64,000 bases of DNA from Octopus bimaculoides (lineage: Eukaryota). Made by a program: the position numbers and the translations under genes. Of this stretch, positions 1 through 11,730 are shown in pieces. The notes beneath the pieces were generated by a model. That model had not been told where the DNA came from. It did not search any database and was given only the letters and a program-made list of their open reading frames with translations. Position 1 is the first letter of the stretch, and the number at the start of each line of letters is the position of its first letter. The stretch spans positions 191,125,002 through 191,189,001 of the forward strand of contig NC_068981.1 in the NCBI RefSeq assembly GCF_001194135.2. Direction: 5' to 3'.

Positions 1-216
1 TGAGATAATTTTCAAAAGAACTATCGAAGACTGTGAAAGGAACTATTAAGAACTGTTGAAATAATTGAAATAACGCGGCCGCCCCGGGGTGGGGCTGGGG
101 TGGCCGTCCCATCATCATTGTTTAATTTCATTGTTCCATTCTATCATGTGTTAATTGTTCCCGCATGTGTGTATTGTCCCATCTGTGTTTAGCCCCTTGT
201 GGGTAATAAAGAAATT
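1..216 (+). mobile_element. Probable 3' end/3' UTR of a non-LTR retrotransposon; tail shared with a family A SINE subtype
   Basis: Ends GTCCCATCTGTGTTTAGCCCCTTGTGGGTAATAAAGAAAT. The same tail occurs on the minus strand at 19325, 34179 and 54919. Sequence upstream of the tail here is not SINE-like. Clade not determined. Confidence 0.4.
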
Positions 217-385
217 GGTATTTCGTCTGCCGTTACATTCTGAGTTCAAATTCCGCCAAGGTTGACTTTGCCTTTCATCCTTTCGGGGTCGATAAATTAA
301 GTACCAGTTGCATACTGGGATCGATCTAATCGACTAGCTCCTCACCCCAAAAATATCGGGTCCTGTGCCTAGAGTAGAAAAGAAT
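217..385 (+). mobile_element. Family A SINE, 5'-truncated
   Basis: TTCTGAGTTCAAATTCCGCCAAGGTTGACTTTGCCTTTCATCCTTTCGGGGTCGATAAATTAAGTACCAG core; ends CCTAGAGTAGAAAAGAA like copies at 49676 and 62315. Confidence 0.85.
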
Positions 386-944
386 TCTTAATAATATTTA
401 ATCATAAAAATGTAACAGGATTTTTCAAACATCAAACGGCTATGAGAGTCTACCAAAGTAAAATAGGAACCAAAAGGAGGCCAGAGATTAAAAAATGGTC
501 AAGAACCTTTGGACAGGAGTAAATATAATTCTGTGGCATTCATGCCTTTCCTTAAAGATATTACCAGTAAACTAAAGAGAAATGAAGAAGATTAAAGAAA
601 GTGCTTTCTAAACAAAGTCTGGATATTTCTTATATAGAACAGAAACTGTTTTTAAAGAATTTCCAGTAAATGGTATTCGTAAAATGTTGCTATAATTAGT
701 TTTAATGATTATTAACTAATTTTGTATCAAAGTGTGAGAACAATTAATGTTAGTTATAATTAATCTTACAAACCTAACCAAATGATTAATACAATCTATT
801 TCTTTATATCAGTTTAAATCAGCTGATAGTTGACCAGTCAATTGGCTAAAATTTCAAATTATCTATTGGTCTTCTTAATTATTAACAAATTAAGAGATGA
901 TAGCTACATAATTCAAATGACATGAAATTTATTTTTGTTAAAAT

Positions 945-1290
945 AGCCATGTGGTTAAGTTGACTGCATGGCACTTTGGCTGAGTGTCTTCTACTATAAC
1001 CGTAGGCTGACCACAACCTTGAGAGTGGATTTGATAGATGGAACTGAAAGAAGCCCAGTGTATGTGTGTGTTTGTGTTATCTTGTCTTGATATCCCATGA
1101 CAGTTGTAAATGTGTGTCACCATCATGCAATCAGTATTGTCTGTTTCCTGTCTTCTATGAAAAATGTCAGGTCTTGAGGAAATATCAGCTTGCTTGGAAA
1201 CAATTGAGGGTCAGTGACAGCAAGGGCATCTGGTTGTAGAATTGCACCTGACCCATGGAAGTATAGAAAGAGGATAATGATGATAGCTAG
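945..1290 (+). mobile_element. Family B-headed SINE with alternative 3' part, degenerate
   Basis: GCCATGTGGTTAAG head and GAGTGGATTTGATAG...GAACTGAAAGAAGCCC; the 3' part resembles 48030-48230. Confidence 0.6.
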
Positions 1291-1725
1291 AAGCACTTTC
1301 AAACAGCATTGATTGAAGTGTAGATGTATACACTTATAAATTACATGTTCATGTACACTTGAGCATGAAAAGACTTTCACTGCAGAAAATGTTTCCAGGA
1401 GAGAAATTCTCATTATAGACAATGTGATGTGAAAAATACACCACTGGGCTAGGAATGACATCACTGGATGCTGGACATGCGTTTCTATGTTGCTACACTT
1501 CATCACCAAATCCATTATTCACAGCCCACTAAGAACAGCTATTCTTATATTTTTGAACAGCATACAGTAAATTTGCTGGTGTGTGCAAAGCTTTGTCAAG
1601 CTGGAATTAGTAATTAATTAACTAGATGTTCACTGAGCAATATTGATTGAAGTCTAGGCGTGTACAATCATATTTAACATGCTTGTACACACTCAAACAT
1701 GTAAAGACTTTCACTGCAGAAACTC

Positions 1726-2100
1726 TCATCATCATCAGCATCATTTAACGTCCATTTTCCATGCTGGCATGGGTTGGACAGTTTGACTGTGGACTGGCAA
1801 GTCAGGGGCCACACCAGGCTCCAATCTGATCTGGTAGTGTTTCCACAGCTGGATTCCCTTCCTAATGCCAACCACTCCAAGAGTGTAGTGGGTGCTTTTT
1901 ATGTGCCACTGGCATGGTAACCAGTCAAGCGGCATTGACATCAGCCACACTTGAATGGTGCTTTTTACTTGCTACCAGCACAGAAGCTAATCAGGGTGGG
2001 GCGGCTGGCATCAACCATGTTTGGATGGTGCTTCTTACATTCCACCGGCACAGGGAGCCAGTCAGGTGGCACTGGCAATGACCCATGCATGAATGGTGTC
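1726..2100 (-). mobile_element. Family C element (RTE-tail type) with internal tandem units
   Basis: (CAT)n-TTTAACGTCCATTTTCCATGCTGGCATGGGTTGG on the plus strand, followed by repeated GGTGCTTTT...TGCCAC units. Confidence 0.8.
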
Positions 2101-2813
2101 TCTGGAAAGAAATTTTTCTTATAGACTTTGTGAAATACTTCTGCATATTTCAAACAAATGGTTTGGGTGTTATTCCATCTGTTGGTCAACAAGAATTTGG
2201 AATTAAATTTAGATTGCTTGAGAAAATTGAATTTGGTTAAAAACTATACTGTTTTGAATACATTCTATATGGGCTGTCATGTCTGCACATATCATGCTTC
2301 CCCTCTACTGTAAATTGTAAAATAATTTTACTGTATTTATTTGCTAACGTGTTAGCTACCAAACTGGAGATTTATATTTATCATGGTTTAATTGATTTAT
2401 AACAATACTTAAGGCATTTCTTTAAAAAAAAAAAGAAAGCATGTACCATCATAAATATAAAATTTATTTTACTACTTCATGTTTCAATAAATACTGAATG
2501 CCAGTTATATATCTTGTATAATCTGTAGATTTAGATCATATCAACTTTCTTATTCTGTTATTTTTTAGTATTACATTACAAAATATAAATATCATTTATG
2601 ATCAGTTTTGTTGCTCTTTGTGCTGTTGCAATACTCTTCATTAATACTGTAATAATTATCTTCAAATACTTTGGTGATTGTTTGCCTTTATAAAAATGTA
2701 TGAAATTACTGTTTCTTTTAGTATGGTGGCCTTTAATATTTACAATTCAATATATTTGCACCCACAGATCTTCTATTAAATATTCTCTAAATTTCATTAT
2801 CATTATTTATGCG

Positions 2814-2817
<4 letters not shown>

Positions 2818-2852
<35 letters not shown>
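2818..2852. repeat. (GT)n microsatellite
   Basis: Direct reading. Confidence 0.95.
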
Positions 2853-2854
<2 letters not shown>

Positions 2855-2924
2855 AATGGACTTCTTTCAGATTCTATCTACCAAATGCATTCGCAAGGCT
2901 TTGGTTGGACCAGGGCTATATATA

Positions 2925-3085
2925 GTAGAAGAATTTATTAAGATAGCCTAGTCGTAATTAAGCTGGTGTTTGGAATATAAATTTGCATGAAATTTTAATG
3001 AAAGGTTTCAATTTAGATCACTTTAAAACAGGAAATTTGTAATGTAGAACTAGGATCTGTCTCAGACAGGTTGGTATCAAAATAG
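2925..3085. mobile_element. Partial TTAA-type (piggyBac-like) MITE
   Basis: Matches one half of the MITE at 51665-51885; ends GGTTGGTATCAAAATAG followed by TTAA. Confidence 0.5.
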
Positions 3086-3586
3086 TTAAAGGATATAAAA
3101 CAATGCATTAACTTAAAAGCCATAAAATAAATTTTTTGAAAAGTGTAATATTGATTTCTTGCATAGATCACTGCTCTATTGTGAGGAGCTTTATCTGGTA
3201 GGAATTGAACTTATACTACAAGCTAAGGAATCACTTGTAAGTATCACAGATGTTGATACCCACAGCTATGAGTTATAACTCAGAAAAGTTCACAGAATTT
3301 TGCATTTTCTTGACTGGCAGATGTCACAGCATTTTCATCATCCTTATCGTCTTTTTCATCGTTGTTCTTTTTAAGTCCACTTTCTCATACTTGCATGGGT
3401 CAGGAGGAGTTTGTCGAAGCAAATGTTCTCCAACCGGACACCCTTCCTGTTACCAGTAATTACCTGTTTCTAAGTAAGATCATGTTTCCCCACAGCTGGA
3501 CATGTTTACACACAAGAAAGGAAACAAACGACACTGCTTTACAAATATTGCATAGTGTCAAGATAAGAAGACAGAAATGCTCACAC

Positions 3587-4195
3587 CAATATTGTTAATG
3601 ACATTTGTTCTGTAGTATTTCTATTTGGTCTGAAGCCAGACTGAAAAACTTAAAATTTATTTCTCCATTGTTGTGAGAAGTTCTCGATTAAAGAGGTATT
3701 CACCTATGTAGCACATCGGTGATAATCCTCTCCAGATTTTCTGGAAAGTTACAGATTCCTTTCTTTTCTTTCTCCGTTCTTTTGGCAGATCATCTCTAAT
3801 GATTATAGAATTCATAATTGGTCAGAGAAGTTTGGCACAGAGAAAATTTGTAGCACATCTGACAGAACTTTGTCTGGTTGAGCAACTTTTCCACAAACAA
3901 TTAACTGTGTAAACACAGGACAGCAATTCAAGATATCCGAAGTTTTCTCTGAAGTTCCAAATCCATTCATTAATGCTATTGCATTAGTTCTTGTACATTA
4001 ATACCAATTCCTATATTTGTACTTGTGTTGGCAACAATAATGAATTTGAGAGATATCCAGTCATACTTCATGGTGAAAGACTTGCACCTTACCATTTCAT
4101 AATTGTTTAAAATGTTGAAGATGTGAATTACACCAAGTGGCAGTTTGATGGACTTTGTTCTTGAGTGAGCTTTAAGTGCCTTTTCCAGCAAAACG
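3587..4195 (-). mobile_element. Decayed LINE reverse-transcriptase fragment
   Basis: Minus-strand translations give WRGLSPMCYIG (cf. NWRGISLLSVPGK) and QSGFRPNRNTTEQM (cf. QxGFRxxRSTxxQ) in the correct order, plus LEKALK upstream; frameshifts and stops throughout. Confidence 0.5.
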
Positions 4196-6974
4196 AGCTG
4201 CAGGTAACTGGATATGAACCACTAACCTCTCATTTTTTTCTCGTGATAATGAACTCAGAGATGAAGAAACAATTTGTGGTGTTGTATTATCATCATCTTA
4301 TGTCTGCTTTCCATGCCAACATGTGTTGTGTTATTGGAAGCCACCCAGAACACTCTGTAAAGTTGTTGGTTTTAGGAATGGTATCCAATATGCAGTTGTG
4401 AAAATACAAAAAAATACAAGGAAAGCCATTTGGCTCCCTAGTTTAGGCAAAACTGTCTACAGTATTGCTCCTGTATTACTTGGTGCTTCTAAAACCCTAA
4501 TTCATTGTCAATCTATCAGAGACCCACTGTAGTCTGTGTACCTACTACTTGCAGTAAATGTACAGCGTTGAGTTCTTGCTAATGACCAAACCAACACACA
4601 GACATGAAACACAATTGCACATCTGAATGGAATAGATAGAAGCTGTTATAGTGATGATGTCAAATAAAAGAGGATAATCCTTCTTTGGGAAGTTATTGAC
4701 ATTTAGACATATATGTTGAAGCCAAACAGATGTAAAACTGTTTGCTTTGTTATATATTGCAAAGGTATTAGCAATTACACATTTGTTCATCAGGCATATA
4801 AAAAAATTAATCTCACATCTACAACCATGTACAATGGTTAGATCATTTCTACATGCCCTTTGACTATTTCAGTCTGTGGCTGCCAGTTCTTTATTCTATT
4901 ATATTTAATGCAAACATAGAGCTCAGATTATGAGTTATGTCTATCATGAAATAGATGCTAAATCATTTGCCTTTATTGAGATCCTTTTTACACTATTGCA
5001 TATGATAGTCAATCACTAACTTCATACAATACAAACCTCAACAAAAATTGTTCTCTGAAATAGATTTGGCTTTGATGAAATTATTGATACAACACAAAGA
5101 ATACAAAAGTTTTTTTTTGTTTTTGAGGTTTTTTTCTTTTTTTTTTTCTTTTCGGTTTTAATTCAATACAGAAAGCAGAAAATACTGCAACAATCTTGGT
5201 CGTCCGTTTAAGTCATTCATGTTATGTAACTTTATAATATTATGATAAAACAGAGCCAGTAAAAATGTGTTTGGTTTTATGATTCTTATCTGAGACACAG
5301 AGAGAGAGAGAAAAGACAAACCTCAAAGGGAAAAACTAAAATCTGTTTGGAAAGTTTCATATCATATTGCCTTATGAAAAGAAACAAATTTCTTAACTTT
5401 TGTATTAATATGAATTAGACATTTTAAAACTAGTTTCCTATAAACTATATTCAACTTTGTTTTCTTTAAATATTGTTTTTCATCCAACGCTGTTGTAAAA
5501 ATAACTTCACAGAAATAGTTAAGCTAATGCCAATTTACTAAATACAGTGAGCATCAAAAATATTATTAAAAATAGTTATGCAGCAAAGAAAAGACAGCAT
5601 TTACTTTAGTGACTAATATTTTAATCATTTCAGCAAGTACGACAGACATTATTTAGTCTTATTATATTTCATCATTCTTGTTGAAAGAGCTACTTGTACA
5701 ATATTGAACATCTACTTTGTAATTTTATAATCACTTCTTTGGTAGTAGAGTGATGTCTTTGATTGGCTGAGGAAGTCACATAAGACTGAGACATACCCGG
5801 AGTTGTCTCCCATACTTATTGAAATGATTACTCAATGAGCTAATGTTGTCTTTTCTTTCCACACAATTGTTAATCTTTTCATACTCACTTCATATGTTAA
5901 CTTTAACTTAACTGTTGTCATTCATGCCGATGGCATCTCTGAGTAATAACCTTGGCAATTCATTCATTTATTTTTTTTTTTTACATGGATGCTTAGTGAT
6001 AAACAACCTTGCACTACATAACAACAACAACTCTTATAATTTTATTGTTCTGTAGAAATTGTTCTTCTCTTTCACAGAAATACACCAGATAAAGAAAACA
6101 ACCTTTATTAACTCTACTTTTAGAGTGTTTTAGAAGGAGATATCTAATTAGAACTCAGATTAGTATGCCCCAAACATTTCCCCTTTACTTATTACAATAA
6201 TCTGTTGCTTATTAACTACAGTGATCTAACAAAATTAAATTGTTCCCTCGCCACAAAGTTATTCACAATTTTAAGCTTTTAAAATTTGCATTATTCTCTC
6301 ACTTCAAATTTTGTAATTTACTGTCAAATATTTCTTTTTTTCTTTTATCTGTTGTTAAGATTGGAGCAAAGGATTGTTTTGTGTTGGTATTGAAACTTAA
6401 TTCTTAGAACATTAATACAGATGGTCTTGTGTTTTTGTGAACTAACTGCATAAAAGACTTTTAAATCAACTCTCAGCCTTTAAAAATACTGACTGAATCT
6501 ATTTTGAGATTGGCCATAGATTAAATATTTAACAATAATTTTGTTTTTAGTTTATAGCTGTGCTAGACAGTATCTAAAGGCAAAATTTTCAACCAGTTAT
6601 TGAGAAAGATAGAGAGAGCCAGCAGGGAAAGATTGGCGGAGAAATACTTTGTAAAATAGATTCTGAGCCATGACAAATATATTTAATTTCATCTTGTCAA
6701 ATAAAGTTTGATTTTAAAACAGAAACAAAATAATTCGAAATTATAATGAAGCATTTTATTAGAGATATTTACATAGGAAAAATGAAAAACATATATTGAT
6801 TTTGAAAACATGCTAAGAGTTAACATTATTAAAATAATGGATGGGAAATAAAAACAGAAAATGCTTCTATCATCATCATAATGAATAAATAATGAAAAGC
6901 AGGATGATTGAAATATGCAGTGGGAAGAGGTGTAAATATCTCCATTAATATCCTCAAAGTTCATTCACATAATC

Positions 6975-7375
6975 ACAGGTAAGACTGTGTGGTTAAGAAG
7001 CTCATTTTACAACCAAGTGGTTTTGAGTTCAGTCCCACTATACGGTATCTTGAGCAAATGTCTTCTACTATAGCTCCAGGCTTACCAATGCCTTATGAGA
7101 ATTTAGTTGATGGGAACAGTGAAGGAGCCCAGTGTGTGTACGTGTGTGGACATGTGTGTCTTTGAGTTTGCTCCCCTTCCCCATTTGCTGCACTTGACAA
7201 CTGGTGTAGGTTTATCAATGTTTCCATAACTTAACGGTTTATCAAAGGAGACTGATAGAGTAAGTATCCAGCTTTCAAAAATAAGTACCAAGTCAATTTG
7301 TTCCACTGAAAACCCATGAAGGCAGTGCCCCAGCATGGCCACAAGACAACAACTGAAACAAGTAAAAAATAATGA
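6975..7375 (+). mobile_element. Family B SINE variant
   Basis: TGTGTGGTTAAGAAGC A-box-like, GAGTTCAGTCCCAC B-box-like, CTTGAGCAAATGTCTTCTACTATAG core, tail CCCAGCATGGCCACA...ACTGAAACAAGTAAAA. Confidence 0.8.
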
Positions 7376-7446
7376 TAAGACTTGTCTTTCAGCAATGGTT
7401 GTTGTCAGGCAACACAATTCCTCTCTTTAATTCTGTGATTTTCATA

Positions 7447-7860
7447 AGGGCAGGCATGGCTGGATGGTTAACAAACTTGCTTTGCAATCATGTGGTCTCA
7501 GGTTCAGTCCCACTGCATGACACTTTGGGCAAGCGTCTTCTACTATAGCCTTGGGCCGACCAAAGCCTTGTGAGTGGATTTGGTAGATAGAAACTGAAAG
7601 AAGCCTGTTGTATATATACATGTGTATGTGTATATGTGAGTGTATGTATGTATTTGTGTGCCTGTTTGTCCACCACCATCACTTGACAACTGATGTTGGT
7701 GTGTTTACATCCCTGTAACCTAGCGGTTCAGAAAAAGAGACCAATAGAATAAGTACTAGGCTTATAAAGAATAAGTCCCAGGGTCAATTCATTCGACTAA
7801 AAGGTGGTGCTCCAGCATAGCTGCAGTCAAATGATTAAAACACGTAAAAGAAAGAAAGAA
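7447..7860 (+). mobile_element. Family B (CORE-like) SINE, near full length
   Basis: GGTTCAGTCCCACTGC-ACTTTGGGCAAGCGTCTTCTACTATAGCC core, internal (TGTA)n, 3' tail GCTCCAGCATAGCTGCAGTCAAATGA. Confidence 0.9.
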
Positions 7861-8851
7861 TAACCAAACCAACACCAACACAGAACAAGTAATATATCCT
7901 CAAATATCATTGTTCATTTATCACAAACAAATGGAACAGAAATCTGTTACACTTATTCTGAAAGAAAACCTGGAAAAAAAATTGAACCATACAAAGCAGT
8001 TTCCATAGTTTAATGCTAAATACCAAAAATAGATCAATATGGAAAGTAATCTAGTTTATTTCAGTATCAAACTGATGTACTCTTTGATATTGTGAATAAT
8101 ACAACAGCCTGAAGATAAAATTGTAATTCTTCAATGTATTTGTCAATGATTGTTGCAGAAATCACTTCCAGGAAAGATTAAACACAAAATAATGTTAACA
8201 AAATAATCTAATTCCAAAAAATGCCTCAAAAATTTAGTTTAAATTAAATGAAATGACAATTACAGTAAGAACAATTGTTATTCTGAAACAAAATAATTTT
8301 TTTTTTATATTTCAATGTCTGAAGTTAAAACAAGTTTTACCACAAAGAACAGTTTGTTAGTGTTGTTGATGTTTAACAATAAGTTGACTCTGATTGAGCA
8401 AACCTATGAAAGGCATTCCAGCTATGACCATCCTGTCTTTTACCCAGATATAGTGTATCCTACGCTATCTTTTTCATGTTTCTTCCTTTTTTTTTTTGTG
8501 GTGGAAGGACATTAAGGTGTGGTTTTAGAAAGATTTAGCTGCCATTTCTAACAGGATGACTGCTTATCTAGAAGCTCACTTGTCAGCTCTGAATGTAATA
8601 TGATGACACACCTACTTCAATGTTCTATATGAGACCAGCACTGTAATTGAAGATTCTCCCTAGTCTTTTATGGAAGATACTCAATATATAAGCAAATTAG
8701 CTGGATAGAAAATCTCTGTAAGAGATGAAAGCAGTAATGTTTATCGCCGCTCCAACATGGCTGTGCTGTAGGAACCAACATTACCATTTTAACCCCAGGA
8801 GAATTCCTCCTCCAGCTGGTTATTTGATGCAGTTTGCACCCTATATATATA

Positions 8852-8981
8852 CAGGGTGATTCAAAAGTGGCCATACATAAGAACAATTTATTTTTTTGTA
8901 AGAAACAGTTTTTTTTTATTTAACTGTTTCTTATAAAAAAAATAAATTTTTCCTATGTTTGACGACTTTTGACTCACCCTG
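8852..8981. mobile_element. Tc1/mariner-type MITE (130 bp)
   Basis: TIRs CAGGGTGATTCAAAAGT and reverse complement CAGGGTGAGTCAAAAGT (16/17 match), flanked by TA on both sides. Confidence 0.85.
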
Positions 8982-9206
8982 TATATATATAATCTCCTAT
9001 AATCTCCTACTTTACCAGATTAAGAAGTACTTTGAAGTAGTTGAATATATTTTCCCACCTCTGTGTCTAGAGACATGTCAGCTCACCCATAGACCCCAGA
9101 TCTATCTTGGAGAACCATTGGTAAATATTCCACTAACATGAAATCTTTTGTTTTTAAACTTTTTTCTTTTCTATCATTTCTTTAGTGAACAGTCATTTAC
9201 TTTGGT

Positions 9207-9386
9207 GACAACTGGCTCCCATGCTGGTGGTGCATAAAAGGCACCATCCGAATGTGGCTGATGCCAGTACCCCCTGACTGGCTCCCATGCCAGTGGCATG
9301 TAAAAAGTACTATCCGAACATGATCAATACGAGGTGTGCCTGACTGGCTCCTGTGCCGGTGGCATGTAAAAGCACCCACTACATTC
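9207..9386 (+). repeat. Three ~66-bp tandem units of the family C internal array
   Basis: Units GACTGGCTCC(C/T)(A/G)TGCC(A/G)GTGGCATGTAAAA... at about 9210, 9276 and 9342; same unit as at 58522-58770. Confidence 0.85.
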
Positions 9387-9761
9387 TATATATGTATATA
9401 TATTCTATATATATATATAGGTACATTGATGCAAACAGGAAAAATAGAATCAAAATATGAGTATATGTATGTTTTTATTATATTTAGCAGAAGTAGCAGA
9501 GCGACTCAATGTCCAAGAGTTTCATGTGTTGGTACTTATCAAACTAAGTGCCAACACATGAAATTCTCTGACCTTGAGTTACTCTGTTACTTCTGCTAAA
9601 TATTAATATATATGTATGTTTGTGTTCCTTATGAAGCACATCTCCAAAATTGTATGTAGATGTTATGTTTGCATGAGACATGCATAAGATTTGAAAAATA
9701 CTGGAAACTAATTTTCACAGAGAAATTACATTTCAAAACAGAATATACAAAAATGTTTTTA

Positions 9762-10006
9762 GTATTATTTATTCACCGTTACACATGTTCCATTTGCTCA
9801 TAGGAGTTACAGAACTGTACATGTAGGAAAAGCATGTAAGACATCTCCTATAAGAAATTCTTCTGACAGTGAATTCAATAATATTGTTATTTTATTTCCT
9901 ATCTGAAGAATTTCTAATAGGAGATATCTTACATGTTTTTCCTACATGTACAAGTCTGTAACTCCTATTGTCAAATGAAACACATGTAATGGTGAATAGA
10001 TAATAC
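9762..10006. repeat. Long inverted repeat (foldback element/MITE): ~104-bp arms, ~36-bp spacer
   Basis: Left arm GTATTATTTATTCACC...AAGAAATTCTTCTG against the reverse complement of 9902-10006: about 14 mismatches by manual alignment. Confidence 0.9.
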
Positions 10007-10049
10007 CAATATCCTATTTCGATACATGCTAGTTGTACTTATTCCAACG

Positions 10050-10095
10050 TTCATTGCTATCTGAAGAAGGGAAACCTGAATCTTGGAGTAATGAA
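10050..10095 (+). ncRNA. Degenerate hammerhead-ribozyme-like motif
   Basis: CTGAAGA-AGG(GAAA)CCT-GAA-TC, closed by TTCATTGCT/AGTAATGAA; stem III missing. Confidence 0.3.
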
Positions 10096-11446
10096 TGATT
10101 AGTTGATCACTGAATGTAAGTAACGGAGATAGTTGAATACCGAGGTTTACACATATAAGAAAACGATAGTTCTGGAGTGGTAAATCAGTGAGAAAAACAG
10201 ACAGATGACTGGTTAATGCTTGCTAGTTAACCTCTGGGTTACTGATAAATCACACTGTAGAAATGTTGTGTATTGTGGCTTGATTAAATATTAAACAGCA
10301 TTTGTTGAAGAAAGTAGAGTGAGCAGAACAAACAAGAGTTTGATAGGAACATATATTGTAAGTTGTCAAATTTAAGATTAGCAAAATGTGAGTTAATTAC
10401 AGTGAAAATAAATTTTAATTTAAGAGAAAGAATCTTTATAATTGGCAAAGTAAGAAAAGTGCTATTTAAAGAATTTTAATAGGTGTCTGGTAAAAGCCAA
10501 GACACTTCAGTTATCAGTTATAAACAACGAATTGGAAAGATTACTTTCTTAGTTTAGATATTAGAAGAGATTGAAGGAGGAGTCAAGAGTGTTTGGATAT
10601 TTCAAAAGACACAAACTAACTGAGAGTCACTGTGATTACTGTGGGTAACTAGATTAAAACTTTACTGTTAGAAACAAATACTAGAATCTGTAATGTTTTC
10701 TATAAAGATTAAATGAATATTAGTTTAAAACTCAGAAAAGCGTAAAGATACATGCATATGTACATGGAGATTCACACACACATGTTTGTGTGATGACTAC
10801 AATTCCATCTCAAGCAATGCAACTGCCTGATTGTTCTCTTAAGCATGAGCAACATGGATGTGGATTTTCAGTTCTGCTAGACTGACTGACCAACTTACTT
10901 TTGCATAAATGTGGCAGTGATGGGTGCCTCTTGCAGCAGACGTTCAGAGAGCTTACCACCCATGCTGACACATGCCTTCATTCAATCCAAGAATTTTTCA
11001 TTGAGTGTTTTGTCTTTTTCAGCTACAGCCATCTACAGTATGCAACACAAAATAGAAATGTAAAATGAATCAAGTGAGGCCCGAAGTTGAAACTTTTTTA
11101 AAAGAGAGGAAAGGCTTTATACAGGACCAATTCTTCACACTACACAATGTATGCATTTGTCTCAAAGAAGATTTAGTCAACATCATTGAATGGAAACCAA
11201 AATGTTACATCACTGTTTTCGTTCTGTTAAAGAAATGTCCAAACAAAGATTAGGGGTCTCTTACTCCCAGCTGTTGAATGACTCGACTTCAATGAGTCCA
11301 TCCACCTTTCAGCAGGTTTTTGTTTCTTGTCCTGCAGAGTATTCAATATGCATACATATATGCATATTTTCATAACCAGCAGGTTGATAGTGTAAAAACA
11401 ATTGTATTTGGTTGTCTGCAAATATGAAAAATAATAATACGTTTAA

Positions 11447-11730
11447 CCCATAAAGTGCTGGGATTTGCACTTACATAGCATGGACTGCTGAGCACCTTTT
11501 ATGAAAATGAGACTACCATGCACACATAAAAAACAAAAAATGGTTAAAATATCTTCTTAGTATATAATGGCGGCAAGTTTTACATCATCTGAAAAGTCAT
11601 TAGTTGAACTATTAGTCCTCTTGCATTCTGGGGGGTATTGGAGCATTTGAGTGACATTAGACCCCAACAAACGCCCATAAATTAAATGCATTTATCTGGG
11701 CCACGATCATGGGCTGTCATGCTTTATGTG
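11447..11730. mobile_element. TTAA-flanked (piggyBac-like) MITE
   Basis: TTAA|CCCATAAAGTGC ... CATGCTTTATGTG|TTAA (ends match C(C/A)CATAAAG). Confidence 0.65.

Noticed and set aside
1350-1460. Possible C2H2 zinc-finger remnant (PGEKF, HCRKC)
   Set aside because: The motifs lie in different frames and Cys/His spacing does not fit.
5797-5890. RRM-like DNISSLSNHFNKYG on the minus strand
   Set aside because: In-frame stop just upstream, no good acceptor and no adjoining RRM exons; resemblance too short.
7900-7975. Homeobox-like QVFFQNK after a minus-strand acceptor
   Set aside because: Lacks the invariant Trp and the following basic residues; a stop follows shortly.
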